A stretch of DNA of 64,000 bases from Candidatus Hodarchaeota archaeon (GCA_048886685.1 JBHLKM010000009.1:107229-171228); one strand, 5' to 3'. Shown: positions 36,822 through 47,490, counted from the stretch's first letter. The notes: a model not told the origin generated them from the letters alone. Program-made: numbers and translations.

Positions 36822-38051
36822 TCACATAGTCTCTACGAGTATGGAAATAATATTATTACCGAAACCTCCGAAGTTGCATGTAATTCCAGCTTCTGCACCT
36901 TCGACCTGTCGTTTCCCAGCTTCACCTCTTAATTGCCAAACTAACTCAACAATTTGAGCAACTCCTGTCGCACCTAAAGGATGTCCTCGTGCTTTTAATC
37001 CTCCTGAGGGATTTATAGGAATTTTTCCCCCAATTTCAGTTTGTCCGTTATGAGCTGCTTTTGCCCCTTCTCCTTTTTTGAAGAAGCCAATATCTTCTGA
37101 TTGGACTGCTTCAAGGATCTCAAATGCGTCATGCAGTTCAGCTACATCTATATCTTTGGGGGATTTTTTTGCCATTTTGTATGCTTGATCTGAACATAAT
37201 CTTAAAGCTTTTAGGGTAGTAAGGTCTTCGCGTTCAAATACGATGTGAGTATCTGTTGCTTGACCTATACCTGAAATCATAATAGGTGTATCAATAAAAT
37301 CCTTAGCTTTTTCAGCATTACATAAAACTAAAGCTGCTGCTCCATCTGAGATGGGACAAATATGAAAAAGTCTTAAAGGATCGGCGATTATTGGATTTAC
37401 TTCATCATCTTTTAGAAAATCATGAATGTTGTTCCAATTACCCCTTCCCTTTTGAGTGGCACTCTTCATAAAATCATCAATTGCCCTTTGAAAATGTGCA
37501 TTCGGGTTTAAAACTCCATTTTTATGGTTTTTAATCGCGATATCTGAGATCCATTCAATTTTAGCATTATATTTTTCAAGATATACTCGTGTTAATAAAC
37601 CCGCGAAAGAAGGAAGAGAAACACCATGAGGTTTTTCTGCTTCGGGATGTGTTAAAGTGGCAACATTGGAAGTAATATAGCCAGGAGTCGTAATATGAGT
37701 CATTTTTTCTCCACCAACCACTAATACTAAATCACTCATTCCTGAGGCAATTGCTTGAAAACCAGCTTTTATTGCTGATCCTCCACTAGCAGGTCCATTT
37801 TTAATATCATCTGCTGCTGCAGGAATCAAACTGATTCTATCTACTAAAGCACTCGCAATACCAGATAAATGATTGAGAATTTCTGGACTCATAACACCTA
37901 CATACACCGAATCAAAATCTTTATCCCCAGTGTTGGAATCTTCAATAGCTTCTAAAGATGCTTCACATAAGAGATCCATTAATCCTTTGTCTTGTAGTCT
38001 ACCGAATTTAGTATGCCCTACTCCAATAATTGCTACCTTGTTCATTATCAT
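36822..38051 (-). CDS. archaeal/SCP2-type thiolase-family protein (catalytic Cys absent)
   Basis: GGEKM, ISDGAAA, ELHDAF, NPSGGLKARGHPLGATG; NGPASG in place of NACASG. Confidence 0.85.
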   Translation of the reverse strand: MIMNKVAIIGVGHTKFGRLQDKGLMDLLCEASLEAIEDSNTGDKDFDSVYVGVMSPEILNHLSGIASALVDRISLIPAAADDIKNGPASGGSAIKAGFQAIASGMSDLVLVVGGEKMTHITTPGYITSNVATLTHPEAEKPHGVSLPSFAGLLTRVYLEKYNAKIEWISDIAIKNHKNGVLNPNAHFQRAIDDFMKSATQKGRGNWNNIHDFLKDDEVNPIIADPLRLFHICPISDGAAALVLCNAEKAKDFIDTPIMISGIGQATDTHIVFEREDLTTLKALRLCSDQAYKMAKKSPKDIDVAELHDAFEILEAVQSEDIGFFKKGEGAKAAHNGQTEIGGKIPINPSGGLKARGHPLGATGVAQIVELVWQLRGEAGKRQVEGAEAGITCNFGGFGNNIISILVETM

Positions 38052-38188
38052 AAAGAATTATAGGTATTTAAAAAATCTTCTTAGACTTTTTAAATTTTCT
38101 GATATTCAAATAACTTAAGATCTTTTCACACAATTTTATTTTCTAATAAACAAACCTAATTCAAAATGTAAAAAAAAGGGATAAACAA

Positions 38189-38590
38189 TTGAGATTTAAG
38201 TATATTTATCCTTTATTTGCTTTTTTAATTTCCATGTTTTTAGTTACGGTTTTTTTAATACAAGATTACATCTGGATAATAATCCCTTCTTTTGTTATAT
38301 TTTATCCGATGCCATATCTTTCTGCACTTAAAGAGACAGCACGGAACAAAAGCGTGGTTGTTAAAATTAAAAATAAGTCCCCATTCATGATTCCTATTAT
38401 ATTCTTCTCTTTACCTACAATAATTATCAATAGCATCTTTCTTTATAGAGATTTGATTGCTTTATTACTATTCTTTATGATCTTTTTTATCAGTTTGGTG
38501 TTTTACTTTTCAGGAATTTACCTTTTAATTGGGGATTTAAAAAAGCAATTTGAAATTACGATAGACCTATTGAAGTTGATGAAGAACTGA
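38189..38590 (+). CDS. small multi-pass membrane protein, hypothetical
   Basis: About four hydrophobic segments. Confidence 0.55.
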   Translation: MRFKYIYPLFAFLISMFLVTVFLIQDYIWIIIPSFVIFYPMPYLSALKETARNKSVVVKIKNKSPFMIPIIFFSLPTIIINSIFLYRDLIALLLFFMIFFISLVFYFSGIYLLIGDLKKQFEITIDLLKLMKN

Positions 38591-39906
38591 AAAAAAAGAA
38601 ACTTTTATTAATAAATCCTGTAAACAAAGATGTAGCAGGATTAACGATTAACCCATCCTCAACATTTCCACCTTTAGGGTTAGGAATAATAGCCGCTTTA
38701 ACTCCCGACACCTTTAAAATAAAGTTAATTGATGAGAATTTTGAAAATTTTGAGTATGAAGACGCCGACCTCGTTGGGATTACCGCATTTACGTCAGTGG
38801 CAAACCGTGCATATGAAATTGCTGCTCTTTATAGAAATAAAAATATCCCAGTTATTATGGGGGGAATCCATGCTTCAATGGTTCCTGAAGAAGCTTTAGA
38901 TTACGTTGATTCTGTTGTAATAGGTGAAGCAGAAAGTATTTGGCCTACAATTATAAAAGATTTTCTTAATAATAAATTAGAAAAGAAATATCAAGGTGTT
39001 CATTTAAATTTAGAGAATATTATTATCCCTAATAGAAAGATATTTAGTAATAGATATTTGTTTGGGACTTTACAAACTTCAAGAGGGTGCCCTATGGATT
39101 GTTATTTCTGTTCGGTAAGCGCATTCAATGGAAGAAAATACAGACAACGCCCCTACGAGGAAGTCCTAGATGAATTGGAAAAAATGCCTCAAAGAATGAT
39201 TTTCTTTGTGGACGATAATATTCTAGGATATGGTAAAAGTGCTGAAGAGCGAGCAATTAACCTTTTTAAAGGGATGGTGGAAAGGAAATTAAACAAAACT
39301 TGGTTCTGCCAAGCTTCATTAAACTTTGGGAGCAATGAGGAAGTCATAAAATGGGCAGCGAAAGCAGGATGTAAAATGGTATTTTTAGGATTAGAATCTG
39401 CTGATCCAGAGGAACTTAAAGCAATGGATAAAAAATTGAACCTTCAACTTGAATATGAAAGAGCTTTCAAAAATATTAATAAATATAAGATCGCAGTTTT
39501 AGGAGCATTTATTTTTGGCTCTGATTCTGAAACAAAAGAAAGTATGTATCGAAAGGTCAAATACATATTGAAAAATCGTATTGATGTTATCCAAACTACT
39601 ACTTTAACCCCGTTACCAGGAACAAGATTGTTTAAAGAATTACGACAAAACGAAAGACTTATACATGAGAATTTTCCTCAAGATTGGAAACTTTATGATA
39701 TGGGACATTTAACTTATAGTATTAAAAACATGGAAAATGAAGAATTTATGAGAAGACATAAAAAATGTATTAGAAGACTTTATTCCAAATTTTCATTGTA
39801 TAAAAAATTCTTTAAGACCTGGATTCATTCTAAAAGCTTTCAAACAGCGATGTGGGCATATAGTTCTAATAAAAACTATAGAAATGTTTCTTTATCGAAT
39901 ACTTAA
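38587..39906 (+). CDS. B12-binding radical SAM protein (start extended upstream of the ORF-track call)
   Basis: RGCPMDCYFC; the frame is open upstream of 38797 and encodes KKLLLINP...PPLGLGIIAALTP...IDEN (cobalamin-binding N-terminus); likely CTG start. Confidence 0.8.
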   Translation: MKKKKLLLINPVNKDVAGLTINPSSTFPPLGLGIIAALTPDTFKIKLIDENFENFEYEDADLVGITAFTSVANRAYEIAALYRNKNIPVIMGGIHASMVPEEALDYVDSVVIGEAESIWPTIIKDFLNNKLEKKYQGVHLNLENIIIPNRKIFSNRYLFGTLQTSRGCPMDCYFCSVSAFNGRKYRQRPYEEVLDELEKMPQRMIFFVDDNILGYGKSAEERAINLFKGMVERKLNKTWFCQASLNFGSNEEVIKWAAKAGCKMVFLGLESADPEELKAMDKKLNLQLEYERAFKNINKYKIAVLGAFIFGSDSETKESMYRKVKYILKNRIDVIQTTTLTPLPGTRLFKELRQNERLIHENFPQDWKLYDMGHLTYSIKNMENEEFMRRHKKCIRRLYSKFSLYKKFFKTWIHSKSFQTAMWAYSSNKNYRNVSLSNT

Positions 39907-40121
39907 AATATTTCTTTTAATCTTGAGTTAATCTTTCCTTTAATATTACTGTCAATAATGAGAAAACCACTTTGTTCATCTAATTGACTAAATAATAATA
40001 ATGTATTTTAGGATAAAATTTAATAAAAAATACTAATAATCTTGAATAATTATAAATTTAATATATATCAAGAACTTAATAAGCTCTGTATCTTAATGTT
40101 ATAATTTTAAACAGATTTTAT

Positions 40122-40355
40122 ATGATTATTGAAATTATCGAAGATTTATGCAAAGGCTGTGAATATTGTATAGAAATTTGTCCAGAAAAGATTTTTAATA
40201 AATCAAAAAAGCTAAATCAGAGAGGATACTCAATACCAGAAATTAAAAATTCTGATTCTTGCACATACTGTAAGAGATGTGAGTTAATATGTCCAGAAAT
40301 GGCAATAAATATTGAAAAGGAGGCAAATAATAATGCAGACTCCCACGGTAGATGA
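40122..40355 (+). CDS. korD: 2-oxoacid:ferredoxin oxidoreductase delta subunit (2x4Fe-4S ferredoxin)
   Basis: CKGCEYCIEICP and CTYCKRCELICP; first gene of the kor operon. Confidence 0.8.
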   Translation: MIIEIIEDLCKGCEYCIEICPEKIFNKSKKLNQRGYSIPEIKNSDSCTYCKRCELICPEMAINIEKEANNNADSHGR

Positions 40356-41529
40356 AATATTAGAACCCAAATTACAATTTGCGACTGGAAATGAAGCAAT
40401 TGTCTATGGTGCTTTGTTAGCTAATTGTCGTTTCTTTGCCGGATATCCTATTACTCCTGCTACAGAAATCTTAGAATTAATGATGAGATACTTACCTATT
40501 TTAGAAGATGGATACTGTATCCAAATGGAAGATGAAATTAGTTCATTAGCAGCTATTATAGGTGCCAGTTGGAATAATTTTAGAACTATGACCGCTACTT
40601 CTGGTCCTGGTTTTTCTCTTATGCAAGAAAATATAGGGTATGCTTGTATGACAGAAACTCCGTGCGTAATTGTAGATGTTCAAAGAAGTGGCCCATCTAC
40701 TGGTCAACCTACGAAAGCAGCTCAAGGGGATATAATGCAAGCGAGATGGGGGACCCATGGAGATCATTATATTATAGCTCTATATCCCAATAGTGCACAA
40801 GAAAATCTCTTGTTAACAATAAGAGCTTTCAATTTAGCAGATAAATATCGAGTTCCAGTAATTTTACTTTCAGATGCAGTTATCGCCCATACAAGAGAAA
40901 AACTAGTAATTCCCTTTCAAAAGGATATAGATATTACTAAAAGAGTACCAGTTACCATCGATAAGGAGAAGTATCATCCCTTTCGAACGGGTTATACTCA
41001 ACCAACTAAAGTCCCTGAAATGGACAAGTTTGGAGATGAATATTACACATATTTAACAGGTTTAACTCATGATATAACGGCATATCCTGCCACTGAGAGT
41101 GCTGAAATACATGAAAAGTTAGTAAAACGTTTCTATGAAAAGATTGCTGATAATAGACAGGAAATAATTAGATTTGAACAGAAATATATTGAGGATGCGG
41201 ATATAATTGTCATATCTTATGGAATTTCTTCTAGAACCTCTCTGATGGCTGTTGAAGAAGCACGAAAAAAAGGATATAAAGTAGGATATTTACGATTAAT
41301 AACTATATGGCCATTTCCTCATGATTTGATTCATGAATTATCACATAACATAAAAAAGTTCATAGTAGTTGAAATGAATTTAGGGCAGATTTATCATAAA
41401 ATAAAAGAACATTCTAGAGGAACTTGCGAAGTAGATAGATATAATAGTATAGGAGGAAAAATACCTCATCCAAAAGAAATAATGAAAAAAATAAAAGGGG
41501 GACCGATTAGTGATGAGATCATCGACTGA
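40312..41529 (+). CDS. korA: 2-oxoacid:ferredoxin oxidoreductase alpha subunit
   Basis: AGYPITPATE, MEDE, TSGPG, RSGPSTG.PT; likely start MQTP. Confidence 0.85.
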   Translation: MKRRQIIMQTPTVDEILEPKLQFATGNEAIVYGALLANCRFFAGYPITPATEILELMMRYLPILEDGYCIQMEDEISSLAAIIGASWNNFRTMTATSGPGFSLMQENIGYACMTETPCVIVDVQRSGPSTGQPTKAAQGDIMQARWGTHGDHYIIALYPNSAQENLLLTIRAFNLADKYRVPVILLSDAVIAHTREKLVIPFQKDIDITKRVPVTIDKEKYHPFRTGYTQPTKVPEMDKFGDEYYTYLTGLTHDITAYPATESAEIHEKLVKRFYEKIADNRQEIIRFEQKYIEDADIIVISYGISSRTSLMAVEEARKKGYKVGYLRLITIWPFPHDLIHELSHNIKKFIVVEMNLGQIYHKIKEHSRGTCEVDRYNSIGGKIPHPKEIMKKIKGGPISDEIID

Positions 41530-42388
41530 ATTAAGAAAAAAATATTTACGTGAAGAATTATTACCCACCCTTTTTTGTTCAGGATGCGGTAATGGACAGA
41601 TATTAAATTATACTATTAGAGCTATCGATGATTTAGATATCTCACAAGATAATTTAGTTTTTGTATCTGGTATTGGATGCTCCTCAAGATTACCTGCATA
41701 TATAGAAGCAGATGGTGTTCATACAACTCATGGTCGAGCTATTGCTTTCGCAACAGGAATAAAAATAACGAATCCTGATTTGAATGTTATTGTTTTTACT
41801 GGAGATGGTGATTTAGCTGCTATTGGATTAAATCATTTTCTTCAAGCTGTTAGAAGAAATATTGGGATTACAGTCATATGTGTGAATAATGAAACCTATG
41901 GTATGACTGGTGGTCAATTATCCCCTACTACTCCTGTTGGATATTCTACTATTACCTCGCCTTATCAAAATATAGAATTTGCGTTTAATCTTTCATTCTT
42001 AGCAAAAGCAGCAGGAGCTGCTTACGTAGCTCGTTGGACAACAGCTAATTCAATACAGGTAATTAACTCAATAAAAAAAGGTTTGCAAAAGAAAGGATTT
42101 GCTTTCATAGAAATCATTTCTCCTTGCCCTGTAGGTAAAAAGCAGTTCAAATATCCAAAAGATTATTTAAATTTTTTATTAAACGAAACAATTCGCTATT
42201 CCGCTAAAGTAAAAGATGAGACTTCTGCCCGAATATTTAAAGATTTAAATGAATGTTTTACAGGAGATTATCTTGGAAAGATTATTATAGGAGAGATTGC
42301 TGATCTTGAAAAACCCTCTTTTCATGAATTATATAAACAACTAAAGGAGAGAAGCTTAAATGAATTTTGGGAAAGAAGAGCAAAATGA
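41510..42388 (+). CDS. korB: 2-oxoacid:ferredoxin oxidoreductase beta subunit
   Basis: CSGCG, GIGCS, HGRA, GDGD...N TPP motif, YGMTGGQ. Confidence 0.85.
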   Translation: MMRSSTELRKKYLREELLPTLFCSGCGNGQILNYTIRAIDDLDISQDNLVFVSGIGCSSRLPAYIEADGVHTTHGRAIAFATGIKITNPDLNVIVFTGDGDLAAIGLNHFLQAVRRNIGITVICVNNETYGMTGGQLSPTTPVGYSTITSPYQNIEFAFNLSFLAKAAGAAYVARWTTANSIQVINSIKKGLQKKGFAFIEIISPCPVGKKQFKYPKDYLNFLLNETIRYSAKVKDETSARIFKDLNECFTGDYLGKIIIGEIADLEKPSFHELYKQLKERSLNEFWERRAK

Positions 42389-42905
42389 ATTTATAATTAA
42401 ATTTTGTGGTTTAGGCGGTATGGGAATAATATTAACAAGCATTATCTTAGGAAAAGCAGCCGTCTATGATAATAAAAATGCCATCCAAACTCAGTCATAT
42501 GGTCCAGAACAAAGGGGTACAACAGTAACAAGTGATGTCATTATTTCTGATGAAGAATTAATATCTTTTCCAGTAGAACAAAAGTTAGATTTTCTGGTTG
42601 CATTCAGTCAAGATGCCTATAACTCTTATAAGCAAATAGTTAAAGAAAATGGTTTAATTTTTGTAAATTCGGATTTGGCAAAAATAAATTCGGGGGAGAC
42701 TAATACCTTTAAGATACCAGCGAGTTCGATCGCAATGGAATTAAATAATGAAAAAGTGTTAAATGTGGCTATGTTAGGTGGTCTCGTCAAAATTACTAAT
42801 TTAGTCTCAAAAGAATCGATTATTAAATCTATTAACAATACTGTCCATTCTCGATTTGTTTCTCTTAATGTTAGTGCTTTTAATAGAGGATATAGTTATT
42901 TCTAA
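42360..42905 (+). CDS. korC: 2-oxoacid:ferredoxin oxidoreductase gamma subunit
   Basis: G.GG.G, QSYGPEQRG, N..MLG. Confidence 0.85.
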   Translation: MNFGKEEQNEFIIKFCGLGGMGIILTSIILGKAAVYDNKNAIQTQSYGPEQRGTTVTSDVIISDEELISFPVEQKLDFLVAFSQDAYNSYKQIVKENGLIFVNSDLAKINSGETNTFKIPASSIAMELNNEKVLNVAMLGGLVKITNLVSKESIIKSINNTVHSRFVSLNVSAFNRGYSYF

Positions 42906-42945
42906 TTAAGAGAATTGAGATCATAATAAAAATTATGTGTGTAAA

Positions 42946-43947
42946 TTAATCTTGAGATAATTTTTTCTTTAAGGCTTCTGTTAACATCGGGACAATTACT
43001 TTGTAATCACCTACTATGCCATAATCACACACATCAAATATAGGTGCATTAGGATCTTTATTTATAGCAATTATTTTTTTACTGCTTTTCATGCCAACTA
43101 AATGTTGTGTTGTGCCTGATATCCCGCATGCAATATATATGTTTGGGCATACAACAGTTCCACTTTGTCCTACTTGACATGATTTTGAGATCCATCCCGC
43201 ATCAACTGCGGCTCTACTCGCACCTACCGCAGCATTCAACACTCCTGCTAATTCTTCAATGATTTTAAAATTTTCTTTACTCCCTATTCCTCTACCACCT
43301 GATACGATGACATCTGCTTCATCTATGGGTTTAACATCGATTGTCGTTGTTTCAATCTTTTCAATTATTTTTGTTTTTAGTTGACTCAGTTCAATTTCTA
43401 CGGAATATTCTATAATTTCAGGATTATTCTTATCACCCGCTTCTGATTTTTCCATTACATTGGGTCTAACTGTTGCCATTTGAGGTCTTTTATCTGGACA
43501 TACTATATCAGCTAAATAATTTGCTCCGTATACAGTTCGAGTCTGAATTAAATTTCCTTCTTGAATATCTAAATCAATGCAATCTGCTGTCAAACCTGTT
43601 TCAAGAGTAGCTGCTATTCTAGGAGCTAAATCTCTGCCTATCTTAGTTGCTGGCATTAGTAAAATACTAGGCGTGTATTTCTTTACTAAATCAACTAATA
43701 TTGAAGAATATGTTTCTGTAAGATATTCCTGTAATGTCTCATTTTCACATAAATAAATTTTATCGATCCCATGGTTTGAAAGTTCCTCACAGAATTTTGA
43801 TAAATTATTACCAAGTAGAACAGCACATACTTTTTCATTTGATTGTTTTGATAATTGTTTTGCCTTTCCTAGTAGTTCAAAAGAAACTCCTCTAATTGAG
43901 TCTTTTTTGAGCTCAATAAATACCCAGATATCTTTATAATCCACCAT
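42946..43947 (-). CDS. etfA: electron transfer flavoprotein alpha subunit
   Basis: GLTAD, VSGGRG, SRAAVDAG, QVGQSG, GISG..QH..GM. Confidence 0.92.
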   Translation of the reverse strand: MVDYKDIWVFIELKKDSIRGVSFELLGKAKQLSKQSNEKVCAVLLGNNLSKFCEELSNHGIDKIYLCENETLQEYLTETYSSILVDLVKKYTPSILLMPATKIGRDLAPRIAATLETGLTADCIDLDIQEGNLIQTRTVYGANYLADIVCPDKRPQMATVRPNVMEKSEAGDKNNPEIIEYSVEIELSQLKTKIIEKIETTTIDVKPIDEADVIVSGGRGIGSKENFKIIEELAGVLNAAVGASRAAVDAGWISKSCQVGQSGTVVCPNIYIACGISGTTQHLVGMKSSKKIIAINKDPNAPIFDVCDYGIVGDYKVIVPMLTEALKKKLSQD

Positions 43948-43949
43948 GA

Positions 43950-44735
43950 TTAAATCACCTTATCTTTAGATAATAACTCAATTAACTTTACTACAGCAGC
44001 ACTTGGTTCCTCAGTAATGACTATTCCCTGTTCTCTTTTAGGAGGTTCATAGAGTTTTTTTACTTCTATTAAGGAACCCGCAGGCCCATATTTATTTTTA
44101 TCACCTTCAAGATCATCCGCATTCCAAACTTCATAAGGTTTTTTATTAGCGGCTAGTATTTTTGGTAGTGGTGGAATACTGGGTTGAAAAGATGAAGAGG
44201 GGATTCCCGCAATGACTAAAGGTATGGTTGATTCTATTATTCTATAGCCCTCATCTGTTTGAGCTTTTATTTTAATTGTTCCATCTACGACTACTTCAGT
44301 ACTTTCTGCATATGTTACTTGAGGAATATCCAGTATTGCAGCCAATTCAGGTCCTACTTGACTTAAACCGGTATCAAAAGAAGAATTTCCACAAAAAATT
44401 ATACTATAATCGCCGATTTTTTTTATAGCAGCAGCAAGGATATTAGATGTTGCAAATGTATCAGAATCTTTAAAATTGTCATCGTTTAGTAGTATAGCTT
44501 TATCAGCTCCTAAAGCTAAACATCTCATTAAGGTACTTTTTGTTTCAGAATCGCCTATTGAGATAGCGATGATCTCATCACCTTCTTTTCTTATCTTAAT
44601 AGCTTCTTCTAAAGCAAACTGATCGAAGGGATTAATTATTGTCGAGACTCCTTCTTTCATTACCTTATTTGTCTTTGAATCAATCTTAAGTTCATTTGTT
44701 TCAGGAACCTGTTTTACACATACGATAAATCTCAT
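43950..44735 (-). CDS. etfB: electron transfer flavoprotein beta subunit
   Basis: VCVKQVP, NPFD..ALE.A, ALGAD, DT.AT. Confidence 0.92.
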   Translation of the reverse strand: MRFIVCVKQVPETNELKIDSKTNKVMKEGVSTIINPFDQFALEEAIKIRKEGDEIIAISIGDSETKSTLMRCLALGADKAILLNDDNFKDSDTFATSNILAAAIKKIGDYSIIFCGNSSFDTGLSQVGPELAAILDIPQVTYAESTEVVVDGTIKIKAQTDEGYRIIESTIPLVIAGIPSSSFQPSIPPLPKILAANKKPYEVWNADDLEGDKNKYGPAGSLIEVKKLYEPPKREQGIVITEEPSAAVVKLIELLSKDKVI

Positions 44736-44831
44736 AATTGTGAAAAACCTTGATTAAAATTATAGATTTTATTTAATTCTCTTGCGAATTAATATAACTA
44801 CTATTAAAAATATAAAAAAAAGTTATTGGTA

Positions 44832-46022
44832 TTACTTATAAGACGTTAATTCCTTACCTAGAAGTTCCCTTGCTACAATCATCTTCATGACTTCGCGTGT
44901 TCCTTCTGCCAATGAAAATGATCTTATTGCTCGCCAGGCTGCTTGGTCTGGACATTCTCGAGAATATCCAAAGGCGCCTTGCCACTGTATAACATCGTTT
45001 ATTGCCTCGCAAGCCCAGTCAGAAGCAAACATTTTTGACATTGCTACAATTTTGCTTGTTTCAAATCGATTCCCTTTGCCTTCTTGCTCTAAATCAATCG
45101 CTCCTAATGCTTCATAACCTAATCGTCTCAACATTTCCAGCTTTGTATAGTGTTCAGCTAATCTAAAGTTGATTTCTTGAAATTTTCCTAAGGGTTTTCC
45201 AAACACTGTTCTTTCTTTGACATAATTCATACCATTTTCCAACGATTTTAAACCTGCTGCTGCACAAATTACAGCAATTAATGCTCTAGCATACTCATAA
45301 CCTTCATGAATGATGTAAAATCCTTTATTTTCTTCCCCGAGTATGTAATGTTTAGGAATTCTCACATTATCAATTGAAAATCCACCACAGGAAATTCCTT
45401 CTCGTCCTAAATCGTCTATGTAAGTGGGAGTTATCCCTTCAGCTGTCAATGGTAAGTAGAATACAGTCATACCTCTCGAACCTAACTCAGGTGATTGGTG
45501 AGCGATAGTAACGTGACCTCCTCCATTATTAGCTGCTTCACGTACACCACTTATATACATTTTCTCGCCATTAACTATAAATGAATCTCCATCTCTCTTA
45601 ATAGTCGTTTTTCCACCAACAACATCAGTTCCACCACCGCTTTCAGTTGTAGCAATTCCCAAAAACCATTCTCCCGAGCAGGTTTTTGGAAATATTTCTT
45701 TTTTTGCCTCTTCAGTTCCGTATTTGTTTAATAGAAAGCCCCATGCTGCTTGTACGAGATAGAATACACATGTTGATCCCGTGCAGTCTCCTTTAGCTAA
45801 TTCTTCAGCGATTACTCCTGCGGTAACAGCGTTTAATCCAGATCCACCATACTCTGGATCTGCTGTACATGTTAGCAAACCTAATTCTGCCATACCTTTA
45901 ATAACATCTTTAGGAATTTCTTTATTTTTCTCCATTTCAAGAGCAATCGGTGCTATTTTCTTTTGAGCAAATTCTTTTACACTTTCTCTGATTAAATCTT
46001 GCTCTTCAGTAAATTCAATCAT
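44832..46022 (-). CDS. acyl-CoA dehydrogenase
   Basis: EYGG, TE..GG.D, NG.K.YI, R..FG.P...FQ, GA.GY, EGT.EV. Confidence 0.9.
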   Translation of the reverse strand: MIEFTEEQDLIRESVKEFAQKKIAPIALEMEKNKEIPKDVIKGMAELGLLTCTADPEYGGSGLNAVTAGVIAEELAKGDCTGSTCVFYLVQAAWGFLLNKYGTEEAKKEIFPKTCSGEWFLGIATTESGGGTDVVGGKTTIKRDGDSFIVNGEKMYISGVREAANNGGGHVTIAHQSPELGSRGMTVFYLPLTAEGITPTYIDDLGREGISCGGFSIDNVRIPKHYILGEENKGFYIIHEGYEYARALIAVICAAAGLKSLENGMNYVKERTVFGKPLGKFQEINFRLAEHYTKLEMLRRLGYEALGAIDLEQEGKGNRFETSKIVAMSKMFASDWACEAINDVIQWQGAFGYSRECPDQAAWRAIRSFSLAEGTREVMKMIVARELLGKELTSYK

Positions 46023-46143
46023 TTGATTTATACCTTCAAATTCACTTTTTTAAATTTTTATAAGAATTAAAATTAAATCTTAGACTTTAAACTTATTCAA
46101 TTTAGAAAATTTAGAGGAAAAAAATAAAAATTAAATAGTGATC

Positions 46144-47490
46144 TTATTTTGGATGTTCATTTCGTATAATTGTGGCAGCACCCATACCTAGACCTACACA
46201 CATAGAAGATATTGCATATTCTTTGCCAGATTGTTCTAATTGATGAAGATTTGAACCTATTAAACGGGCTCCAGTCATCCCTGTTGGATGCCCTAATGCA
46301 ATTGCCCCACCCCAAGGGTTAAATCGTTCATCTTTCCAATCTAATCCTAAATCATAGCAACTAGCATATACAACTGGGCTAAAGGCTTCATTTATTTCTA
46401 TAAAAGCCATATCATCTAAAGTCATATTTGCACGTTTTAAAGCTTCTGGGATTGCTTTTATCGGTCCAGTTAGCATGAGAACGGGATCAGTGCCTACAAC
46501 TGCGAAATTGATTATACTTGCTCTTATTTTAAAACCATATTCTTCGGCTAGCGCTCTAGTCATCCATAACTGGGCAGCAGCACCATCAGTTGTGGGACAA
46601 CTATTTCCAGCAGTGAGAAAAGCCTTACTTTTTCTTCCAGCAATCGTTCGTAAGCTTGCTAATTTTTCCATTGATGTGGTAGGTCGAGGAGTTTCATCTT
46701 TTTCAGTGAGTACTGATGTACTTGGATCTTTTGCAATTTCTTTCTTTTCATTTAGCATAGGATTACCATTCTCATCAATTTTAGGGCACCAAATAGGTTC
46801 GATTTCTTTTCCTCTTTCATTCCATGTAGAGCATGCTTTTTTATGAGAATGCAAAGATAAACCATCTAATTCATTTCTAAATTCTTCTAATGATTTACCA
46901 GATTTCTCCATCCAATTTAATCCAAGATAATGAGCAGCAGTAATCTGATCTGCCATTTGGGCTTTATATTCTTTTGCTTTTTCTACAACTTCAGGATTAG
47001 ATTGTATCTTTTTATTGGGTGGTATCATTACAGCTTTATTTTGTTCTCTATCGAATATATATGCGTCTGACATTATTGGATATTTATTTTGCACTTCCAC
47101 CCCGCCGCATATTACACAATCATGTATTCCTGAGGCAATTGCCTGCCATGCTGAAATTACAGCTTGCGCACCACTCGCACATTGACGGTTTAAAGACATG
47201 CCCGGAACGCTTACAGGCAAATGAGCAGCCAATGCAGCAGTCCTTCCAATATCCAAAGCACAATCACCAATCTGACTATTACATGCAACTATTGAATCAC
47301 CAATTATACTTGGATCGAAATTATTTCGTTTTAAGATTGTTTGGTAACAATGAACAACGAGATCATCCCCTCTATGCCATACAATAGTACCTCTTCTTTT
47401 TCCCATAGGTGTTCTAACATAATCTACAAGTACTGGTTCTCGTTTAGGATCTTTAAAGTATTTTTCATACATACTTACGGGTTCAGCCAT
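46144..47490 (-). CDS. acetyl-CoA C-acyltransferase (degradative thiolase)
   Basis: NRQCASG (Cys), EINEAF, GGAIALGHP, MCVGLG. Confidence 0.9.
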   Translation of the reverse strand: MAEPVSMYEKYFKDPKREPVLVDYVRTPMGKRRGTIVWHRGDDLVVHCYQTILKRNNFDPSIIGDSIVACNSQIGDCALDIGRTAALAAHLPVSVPGMSLNRQCASGAQAVISAWQAIASGIHDCVICGGVEVQNKYPIMSDAYIFDREQNKAVMIPPNKKIQSNPEVVEKAKEYKAQMADQITAAHYLGLNWMEKSGKSLEEFRNELDGLSLHSHKKACSTWNERGKEIEPIWCPKIDENGNPMLNEKKEIAKDPSTSVLTEKDETPRPTTSMEKLASLRTIAGRKSKAFLTAGNSCPTTDGAAAQLWMTRALAEEYGFKIRASIINFAVVGTDPVLMLTGPIKAIPEALKRANMTLDDMAFIEINEAFSPVVYASCYDLGLDWKDERFNPWGGAIALGHPTGMTGARLIGSNLHQLEQSGKEYAISSMCVGLGMGAATIIRNEHPK

